DNA of 30,834 nt from a virus (lineage: Duplodnaviria; Caudoviricetes). Where the stretch lies: positions 1 through 30,834 of IMG/VR virus record IMGVR_UViG_3300022178_005310. One strand, given 5' to 3'. Numbering within the stretch: the stretch's first letter is position 1; every line of letters starts with the position of its first letter. A model generated the notes under the pieces. It saw only the letters and a program-made list of their open reading frames with translations. It had not been told where the DNA came from and did not search any database. Shown here in pieces: positions 23,549 to 30,834 of the stretch. A program made the position numbers and the translations under genes.

Positions 23549-25881
23549 TGAGAAAGTTCAATAATATACAAACGGAGCTAACTGAAGAGTTGCTTGGCAA
23601 AATGAAAAGGGAGGAAAGAAATGACCTACTTGATGATATTGATGCAATCATGTTCATTCAGAATCTAGCCTCACCAACCAGGAAAAGAGTGAAAGATCTT
23701 GACAGATGGAACAATCCGTTACTCCCTCTTTTTTCTACTGACCCGACTATGCATGTTAGGAAATTAGATCCTAAAGGGAGAATTGCTGTTGATTTAACTA
23801 ATCCACATATCTTAGAGGATATGGATTATTTTAGACCTGCTGCAATGCATTTTGAAAAAAACAATAAATACACTAAGCATTTTCCAAATAAGAATCCAAA
23901 CTCAGAATATTATAAGTTCTGGGAGGAAGAAGCGAGAAGATGTAGAGAAGGATACATTAGACATTCAGATGGAGAATGGATTCCTGGAACTTATTATTAT
24001 CAATTAAACTACGCTCCATTATTGAGAGCTGAAGTTATAAAAGGAACAAAGCAGGCTGATAGGGTGGAAAATTTTCCATACGTATATGATGCTGATTATT
24101 GGTTCTTTCATTACTGTGAAATTGCAAGGGCCCATGGTATGCATGGCGCCAACCTGAAAAGAAGGGGTTGTGGATACTCAGTAAAAGCATCCTCAATGTT
24201 AGCTAAGAATTTTGTTCTTGGTGATACAATGAAGGCGAGACATAAAGTAAAATCATTTGCAATAGCTAATGAGAAGGAATACCTAACTAAGGATGGTATC
24301 CTGAATAAATTTGTTGCCAACATTGATTTTGTTGCAACGCACACTCCATTCCCCAGAGTGAGATCACTTAAGGATTCCTTGAATGATATGCATTGGAGAA
24401 TGGGCCGTAAAGATACCAAGACGGGAACTGAAATTGGTATATTAAACGAGGTGATGGGTGTGACACTCAAAAATGATCCTCAGAAAGCAAGGGGTAAAAG
24501 GGGTGCGTTAGTACTCTGGGAAGAAGCTGGTAAATTCGATGACTTCCTTACGGCTTGGGGTATTGCCAGACCATCAGTTGAAGAATCTGGATATGCATTT
24601 GGATTTATGATGGCGGGTGGTACAGGTGGTGTTGAAGGAGCTGCATTCCAAGGATTGGAAGAAATATTCTACAATTCATCAGGTCATAATATTTACTCAA
24701 TGCCAAATGTGTTCGACAGGAATACTAATGGTCGTGGTCAGAGCGCATTCTTTTTTGGAACGTACTTGAACTATAAAGGTAAGTTTGACGAGAATGGTAA
24801 TAGCGATGTTATTGGAGCTCTTATTGAGATCAACAAAGAAAGATCAAAAGTTAAGTATGGAGCTGCAGACCCAAATGCAATCATACAGAAAAAAGCTGAA
24901 GAGCCAATTACTCCTCAAGAAGCAATTATGCGTACAGAAGGTACAGCATTTCCAGTTGCGGATCTTAGAGACTATCTCGAAGATATTATGCCTGGAATAA
25001 ATCAATTTGTTGACGCGCACTGGGTTGGTAACTTAGTTTATGGTGAAAATGGTTTTATAAAATGGAGCAATAATGACAAGCTATTGCCAATAAGGGAATA
25101 CCCTTTTACAGTTAAAGGTCAGAACTCAGACGGAGGTATTGAGATTTTTGAAATGCCAAAAAAGAATAGGGATGGCGTTGTTTTTAGAAATAGATACATA
25201 GGCGGGATTGACCCGATTGATAATGATTATACTCAGGGAGGATCCTTGGCAAGTATATTCATTTTTGATTTGTGGACAGATAAGATTGTTGCAGAATATA
25301 CAGGTCGGCCAGTACTGGCAGATGACTTTTATGAAATATCTTTAAGGCTCACAGAATTCTATAATGCGCAATCAAATTACGAGAATAACCTTAAGGGCCT
25401 CTTCTCTTACTTCTCCAATAAGAACGCATTGCATTTATTGGCAGATAGCCCAGAGATTTTAAGAGATATGGAAATAGTTAAGACAGCTCTCTACGGAAAT
25501 AGATCCAAAGGTACTAGAACAACTAAAGAGGTCATTAAGTTAGGTAAAACTTTGCAAAGACAATGGATGCTTTCGGAATTTGAAAAAGAAGAATATGATG
25601 AGGCAACTGGAGTTATGAACACTATAAAGATGCCAAATCTAAGAAGGATCCGAAGTATTGGATACATCAAAGAATGTTTAGCATGGAATCCTGATATCAA
25701 CACGGATAGGGTTTCAGCAATGGATATGGTTATGATTCTTAGAGAAGATAGAGCTAAATTAATAGATAAATACGAAGATGACTCTAAGGTTAATTCTGTA
25801 GAGTATTTTCATGATGATCCGTTCCTGGATCAAAACTGGCAGAAAGCAGTTCAGAAAATGGAGAAAAAATCATTTGAATAA
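23548..25881 (+). CDS. terL: Terminase large subunit (crAss-like)
   Basis: Walker A-like LKRRGCGYS, Walker B LVLWEEAG, GGTGG coupling motif, nuclease YIGGIDP, AEYTGRP, YENN, NTDRVSA. Confidence 0.93.
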   Translation: MRKFNNIQTELTEELLGKMKREERNDLLDDIDAIMFIQNLASPTRKRVKDLDRWNNPLLPLFSTDPTMHVRKLDPKGRIAVDLTNPHILEDMDYFRPAAMHFEKNNKYTKHFPNKNPNSEYYKFWEEEARRCREGYIRHSDGEWIPGTYYYQLNYAPLLRAEVIKGTKQADRVENFPYVYDADYWFFHYCEIARAHGMHGANLKRRGCGYSVKASSMLAKNFVLGDTMKARHKVKSFAIANEKEYLTKDGILNKFVANIDFVATHTPFPRVRSLKDSLNDMHWRMGRKDTKTGTEIGILNEVMGVTLKNDPQKARGKRGALVLWEEAGKFDDFLTAWGIARPSVEESGYAFGFMMAGGTGGVEGAAFQGLEEIFYNSSGHNIYSMPNVFDRNTNGRGQSAFFFGTYLNYKGKFDENGNSDVIGALIEINKERSKVKYGAADPNAIIQKKAEEPITPQEAIMRTEGTAFPVADLRDYLEDIMPGINQFVDAHWVGNLVYGENGFIKWSNNDKLLPIREYPFTVKGQNSDGGIEIFEMPKKNRDGVVFRNRYIGGIDPIDNDYTQGGSLASIFIFDLWTDKIVAEYTGRPVLADDFYEISLRLTEFYNAQSNYENNLKGLFSYFSNKNALHLLADSPEILRDMEIVKTALYGNRSKGTRTTKEVIKLGKTLQRQWMLSEFEKEEYDEATGVMNTIKMPNLRRIRSIGYIKECLAWNPDINTDRVSAMDMVMILREDRAKLIDKYEDDSKVNSVEYFHDDPFLDQNWQKAVQKMEKKSFE

Positions 25882-25951
25882 ACATTATAGCCATAAGGCT
25901 TATATAGAAAAACAAGCAAAAAGAACTAACTTTATAAAGTAATTACAGAAT

Positions 25952-28363
25952 ATGTCAATAAGCACAACTGGATCTAAAAAGACTTTTCCTAAGCAAAAGA
26001 AGTCGTTCAAAGCTAAAGGAAAACAATGGAGGCAAGATCATTTAGATTGGGCTGACCAGAATAGCTACCTAAATAACGGTATAATAAGAAGGAAGCTTAA
26101 GAATAGAAGGATCAACTTAAATCTATATAACGGTAAGGCAGACATCAACGATATGAAGTTGATCCTGAATCCTGGCGGTATGGAGCAGTTTTATGTTCCT
26201 GACAATATTCAACACTATCCAATAATTACTCCAAGAGTCAACGTTCTAGTTGGTGAGGAAAAGAGAAGGAAATTTGACTGGACTGTCAAAATCAGTAATC
26301 CGGATACAATTTCGCAGATTAAGAAAGACAAGAAAGCCCTAGTTGATGCAAAACTACAGGAGTTCTTGAGCTCTACTCTTTCTGATGAAGAACTTGAAAA
26401 AGAAATACAAGCATACGGTGACTACATAAATTTTGATTACCAAGATATGCGAGAGAAGAGAGCTAATCTCTTAATGCGTCACTACATCCAGAAACTTGAA
26501 ATGAAAGTTCTTTTTCAGCAAGGATTCAAAGATGCACTTATCATGGGTGAAGAGATTTACATTTTTGATATTGTAAATAGTGAAGTTACTTTTGAAAAAT
26601 TAAACCCTCTTAATGTGCACACGCTGCGCGGAGGATACACAAATAAAATTGAGGATTCTGATGTTATCGTAATTGATGAGTATTGGAGTCCAGGTAGAAT
26701 ACAGGATCATTTCTACAACGACTTGAAAGAAGCAGATGTAGTAAAGCTGGACAGTGGAGTATTTAAAGGAAGCACAACTGACCTTGACGGTGAGAATGTA
26801 GCTATTGATGACGCCGGTGGATTAGAGATGCTGAATAGAGAAAGCATCAACGCATTCATTGATTCAACAGGGCTTTATGATTCTGCACATGCTGCAGGAA
26901 GAAATCATTATACTGACGTTAATGGAAATATTCGTGTATTGAGAATGTTCTGGAAATCCATGAAGTGTGTTTACAAAGTGACATACTTCGATGAACTTGG
27001 CAAACAGCAAGTAAAATTCAGATCAGAAGATTACGTACTTGATAAAGCTAAAGGAGAAACTGGCACTAAGCATTGGGTTAGTCAGTGGTGGAAAGGCGCT
27101 AAAATTGGCCAAGACATTTATCTTCAGATAAAACCAAGAGAAATACAATATAACAAAATTAATCAACCATCTTTCAATTCTTGTGGGGTTGTTGGTCAAA
27201 TATATAATACCACAGAACAGGAAGCTGTATCTATGGTAGATAGATCTAAACCATTCCAGTATCTATATGACATATCCTGGTACAGGGTCAACGAGGCTTT
27301 GTCTAAATACCTTGGTTCTATAGTTGAACTTGATTTAGCGAAAGTTCCTACTGGATGGTCCATAACTAAATGGTTATACTTTGCGCGTAAATCTGGAATA
27401 TCCGTAGTGGATAGTTTTAAAGAGGGTCAAAAAGGTATGGCTAAAGGTAAATTAGCTGGAGCAGTGGGCAATACTACTGGTAGAGTGTTAGAGCAAAGAG
27501 TTGGAGATTTCATTCAGGTCCACATAGATATGATGGAATTTGCAAAAGCTCAAATGGATGAGATAACTGGCGTATCAAGACAAAGATTAGGGCAAGTTGA
27601 GAATAGGGAAACTGTCGGAGGTGTCGAACGCGCTGTATCACAATCCAACCACATCACTGAAGAATTGTTTACTCTTCATGATTATTGCAAGAAAAGATGT
27701 TTCCAGATACTTTTGGAAACTGCTAAGATTGCGTTGAAAGGAAATGAAGTTAAGTTTTCTTACATAGATGATGATATGACTCGTCAGATTATGGAGATTA
27801 ATGGAGATGAGTTTGCTGAAGAAGAGTACGGATTAGAAATAAGCAATGATGATGCAATCAATGAGATGCAACAAAAACTTGACGGTATGGTTCAAATGGG
27901 TCTTCAGAATCAAATGTTGTCATTCTCTACAGCTATGAAAATTTATAATTCTCCATCTTTACGAGAAGTTCAAAGACTTATTGAAAAAGACGAACAGAGA
28001 ATGAGAGAATCTCAAGCTAAATCTTCTGAAGATGAAATGAAACAACGTCAAGCTGAAGCTCAAAGACTTGCTGAAAAAGAGCAGTTAGAGCAAAATATTG
28101 ATATTGAAAAATTCAATAAAGAAGACGAGACTAAAAGATACATTGCTGAGCTTAAGGCTGAGACTGAAAGAATTAATAAGGAAATGAATGAAAGTGCTGA
28201 ATACTCAAATGTTGATGATAAAGACTTTGAAAAGTTTAAGGCAGAACTTGGTATAAAAGAAAAAGGATTATCTCAAGACATGAAAAAACATAATGATATC
28301 ATGTTAAGAAAAGACAAAGAAATTGCTATAAAAAATAAAACGGCTTTAAAGCCTCAACCATAA
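25952..28363 (+). CDS. Portal protein (crAss-like)
   Basis: 803 aa directly after TerL; IQHYPIITPRVNVLVGEE, SKPFQYLYD, ITGVSRQRLGQ, long C-terminal coiled coil. Confidence 0.9.
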   Translation: MSISTTGSKKTFPKQKKSFKAKGKQWRQDHLDWADQNSYLNNGIIRRKLKNRRINLNLYNGKADINDMKLILNPGGMEQFYVPDNIQHYPIITPRVNVLVGEEKRRKFDWTVKISNPDTISQIKKDKKALVDAKLQEFLSSTLSDEELEKEIQAYGDYINFDYQDMREKRANLLMRHYIQKLEMKVLFQQGFKDALIMGEEIYIFDIVNSEVTFEKLNPLNVHTLRGGYTNKIEDSDVIVIDEYWSPGRIQDHFYNDLKEADVVKLDSGVFKGSTTDLDGENVAIDDAGGLEMLNRESINAFIDSTGLYDSAHAAGRNHYTDVNGNIRVLRMFWKSMKCVYKVTYFDELGKQQVKFRSEDYVLDKAKGETGTKHWVSQWWKGAKIGQDIYLQIKPREIQYNKINQPSFNSCGVVGQIYNTTEQEAVSMVDRSKPFQYLYDISWYRVNEALSKYLGSIVELDLAKVPTGWSITKWLYFARKSGISVVDSFKEGQKGMAKGKLAGAVGNTTGRVLEQRVGDFIQVHIDMMEFAKAQMDEITGVSRQRLGQVENRETVGGVERAVSQSNHITEELFTLHDYCKKRCFQILLETAKIALKGNEVKFSYIDDDMTRQIMEINGDEFAEEEYGLEISNDDAINEMQQKLDGMVQMGLQNQMLSFSTAMKIYNSPSLREVQRLIEKDEQRMRESQAKSSEDEMKQRQAEAQRLAEKEQLEQNIDIEKFNKEDETKRYIAELKAETERINKEMNESAEYSNVDDKDFEKFKAELGIKEKGLSQDMKKHNDIMLRKDKEIAIKNKTALKPQP

Positions 28364-28375
28364 AAAAAATAAATA

Positions 28376-28765
28376 ATGGGATTAAATCAAAATCAAAAAT
28401 CTGGACAATTAAAAGACATGCCGCATACACAGCCTTCCGGCACTGTATTTTTTGATGTAGAAAATCAAGACATCTACATATACAACATGGCTAATATTCC
28501 AGTAAAAGTTGGAGCAGTAATTATTGAAAACGTTGTTTTATCTGTTGATGATTGGACTTTAGTTGGTGATTTCTATGAATACGACTATGAAAACTTATTG
28601 ATACGAGAAACAAGCTTATTAAAAGTAATACCTTACAAAGAAACAATGGATGTAGTAAAGTCTTCTGACATTATGCCTATGGTGGTTTCTGCTGAAGGAA
28701 CTGTAAAAATTTACGCAGCTAATCAACCTTTATCTGATATTAACGTAGCAATAGAAATAGTATGA
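28376..28765 (+). CDS. Hypothetical beta-rich (likely virion) protein
   Basis: 129 aa after portal. Confidence 0.7.
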   Translation: MGLNQNQKSGQLKDMPHTQPSGTVFFDVENQDIYIYNMANIPVKVGAVIIENVVLSVDDWTLVGDFYEYDYENLLIRETSLLKVIPYKETMDVVKSSDIMPMVVSAEGTVKIYAANQPLSDINVAIEIV

Positions 28766-30543
28766 TAGGAAGATTCAATATTGGGTGGGGTTATTTTACT
28801 GAATTAATAGGTTTAGACGAACGTTTTATCTTTACGGTCAAAACAGACAATGCAGGAACTTCTTTAGATACACAGTTTACTATTCCGACAAGTACTACAG
28901 GAATAACAGAGCCTTTTTTATACGATATTGAGACAAGTGACGGTCAGACAATAACAGGGGTTACGGGAAACCATACTATAACATTTCCCACAGCGGGAAC
29001 TTATGACGTAAAGATAAGCGGTTCATTTCCTTATATTCGTTTTAATAATGAAGGGGATAATTTAAAACTTTTAGATATAAAGAATTTTGGCATTTATGCT
29101 TTAGGCAGTAAAAGTCAAGATAGGGCTTTTAATGGTTGTTCTAATTTGGTTATAAATGCAACTGATATAGGACATTTTGAGAATGTTACTAATTTTTATG
29201 TAGCATGGGAAGGTTGCACATCACTAACCACATTCCCATTAATAGACACAAGTAGCGGTAATAATTTTGGTTTTGCTTGGCAAGGTTGCACATCACTAAC
29301 CACATTCCCATTACTAGATACAAGTAGTGTAGGGAATTTTGTTTTTACTTGGTTCAATTGCACATCACTAACCACATTTCCATTACTAGATACAAGTAGT
29401 TGTACTAATTTTGGTCATACTTGGAGGAATTGCACATCTCTTACATCATTTCCCGCTAATGCATTTGATACTAACATAGCATCAAATTATACAAGTGCTT
29501 TTAATTCAACAAACTTAACTACTCAATCAATAGACGATATATTAGTTAGCCTAGATACAAGCGGAGTTTTAAACGGTACATTTACACAAAGCGGAGGGGA
29601 AGGTCCTAGTTATATCGGTTCAATAGCAATAAATAATTTAACGGCTAAAGGTTGGACAATAACAACAACAACACCTGTCACTTCGGAGGAATTTGTATTT
29701 ACCGTCAAAACAGATAACGCAGGAACTTCTGGTACTAATCAATTTACTATTCCAACAAATACGACAGGAATAACAGAACCTTTTTTATACGATATTGAGA
29801 CAAGTGATGGTCAGACAATAACAGGAGTTACAGGTGATACTACTATAACATTTCCCACAGCGGGAACTTATGACGTAAAGATTAGCGGTTCATTTCCTTA
29901 TATATATTTTAATAATGCAGGGGATAAATTAAAACTTTTAGAAATAAAGAATTTTGGAATTTATGCTTTAGATAGTACAAGTCAGCTTAGTGCCTTTTGG
30001 GGATGTTCTAATTTAATTATAAGTGCAACGGATATAGGGCATTTTGAAAATGTTACTGATTTTCAATCTGCTTGGAACAGATGCTCAAGTCTAACATCAT
30101 TTCCATTAATAGATACAAGTAGTGGATTGGTTTTTACTCAAACTTGGCAAAGTTGCACAAACCTAATCTCATTACCTTTAATTGACACAAGTAATGGATT
30201 GTTTTTTTCTTATACTTGGCGTGCTTGCTCAAGCCTAACCACATTCCCATTACTAGATACAAGTAACGGTACTAATTTTTTTAAAGCTTGGGAATTTTGC
30301 TCAAGCCTAACATCATTTCCATCTAATGCATTCGATATAAATATAGCTAGTAATTATATAGATGCTTTTTTATCAACAAACCTAACCACGCAATCAATAG
30401 ACGATATACTTGTTAGCCTAGACACAAGCGGAGTGCTTAACGGAACATTTGCACAAAGCGGAGGGCAGGCACCATCAGCAACAGGACAAACAGCAATCAC
30501 TAACCTAGTCGGAAAAGGCTGGACAATAACAACAACAACTTAA
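28762..30543 (+). CDS. BspA/DUF285-like repeat surface protein, two tandem 283-aa units
   Basis: Ig/PKD-like HTITFPTAGTYDVKISG module then 22-aa repeats (W..CTSLTTFPLLDTSS..NF). Confidence 0.8.
   Translation: MIGRFNIGWGYFTELIGLDERFIFTVKTDNAGTSLDTQFTIPTSTTGITEPFLYDIETSDGQTITGVTGNHTITFPTAGTYDVKISGSFPYIRFNNEGDNLKLLDIKNFGIYALGSKSQDRAFNGCSNLVINATDIGHFENVTNFYVAWEGCTSLTTFPLIDTSSGNNFGFAWQGCTSLTTFPLLDTSSVGNFVFTWFNCTSLTTFPLLDTSSCTNFGHTWRNCTSLTSFPANAFDTNIASNYTSAFNSTNLTTQSIDDILVSLDTSGVLNGTFTQSGGEGPSYIGSIAINNLTAKGWTITTTTPVTSEEFVFTVKTDNAGTSGTNQFTIPTNTTGITEPFLYDIETSDGQTITGVTGDTTITFPTAGTYDVKISGSFPYIYFNNAGDKLKLLEIKNFGIYALDSTSQLSAFWGCSNLIISATDIGHFENVTDFQSAWNRCSSLTSFPLIDTSSGLVFTQTWQSCTNLISLPLIDTSNGLFFSYTWRACSSLTTFPLLDTSNGTNFFKAWEFCSSLTSFPSNAFDINIASNYIDAFLSTNLTTQSIDDILVSLDTSGVLNGTFAQSGGQAPSATGQTAITNLVGKGWTITTTT
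28825..30540 (+). repeat. Intragenic tandem duplication, 2 x 849 nt
   Basis: 28825-29673 and 29692-30540, equal length and colinear. Confidence 0.9.
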
Positions 30544-30544
30544 T

Positions 30545-30757
30545 ATGATACAAGAAATTAAAAATCCAGAACAAACAACCTATTTCATTTGTAGGGAAGA
30601 TGACACCTTTACAATTACATCTTATGGAAGTGTAGAGCCGCACCAAATAATGAAAACAGGGCAACCGATAATGGATACCTATTTAGATAAATTGGAATGG
30701 GAATCCATTCTATTAAAAGCGGGTATAGAACTTGAAGAAAATGTAGAAAATGTTTGA
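30545..30757 (+). CDS. Small acidic hypothetical protein
   Basis: 70 aa directly after the repeat protein. Confidence 0.7.
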   Translation: MIQEIKNPEQTTYFICREDDTFTITSYGSVEPHQIMKTGQPIMDTYLDKLEWESILLKAGIELEENVENV

Positions 30758-30834
30758 TTTTATTAAGCCTTATATACCAGAGATTATTACTTTTTTGGCA
30801 GGTGCTGGAGAGTAGAGTTATGGATGTTATAGAT

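Noticed and set aside
8033-25703. Antisense or nested track ORFs (e.g. 8514-8771, 19183-19557, 21176-21394, 23172-23360, 24111-24470, 24785-25000, 25491-25703)
   Set aside because: Shadow frames of well-supported genes, with no recognisable motifs
23548-25881. Intein or intron in terL
   Set aside because: Continuous ORF with all motifs in normal order and no intein splice or homing-endonuclease motifs seen
28825-30540. Diversity-generating retroelement TR/VR pair
   Set aside because: Differences between the copies involve all bases, including synonymous C/T changes; both copies are coding; no reverse transcriptase in the window
1-30834. Stop-codon reassignment as in some crAss-like phages
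   Set aside because: Long genes are uninterrupted in the standard code, and TAG and TGA both end coupled ORFs

Overview
AT-rich dsDNA phage segment, most consistent with a crAss-like (Crassvirales) phage of a Bacteroidota (probably Flavobacteriaceae) host; the standard genetic code fits. The left arm (1-12.4 kb, minus strand) holds an SF2 helicase, a DnaA-C-like HTH protein, an HD/small-alarmone-hydrolase-like protein, RNR beta (nrdB), many small genes and several highly structured non-coding stretches. A conserved intergenic element ending in a G.A-mismatch/GNA-loop DNA hairpin recurs there. A strand switch lies at about 12.4-13.35 kb. The right arm (plus strand) holds a small-gene cluster, GroEL, a GroES-like protein, a probable small terminase, large terminase, portal and an internally duplicated BspA-like repeat protein. 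The main candidate novel system is at 14.4-17.0 kb (plus 18.6-18.9 kb): mini-genes that appear to be built from short fragments of terminase and possibly portal (checkable within this window) and of the major capsid protein (from my recollection of the crAss-like MCP consensus, not checkable here). Six of them share a peptide tag [KI]-[YH]-[EPQ]-R-R-[KR]-[LM] at or toward the C-terminus. I hypothesise a modular decoy/mimic array against host phage-sensing immunity or against competing phages. All assignments are by eye; no searches were run.
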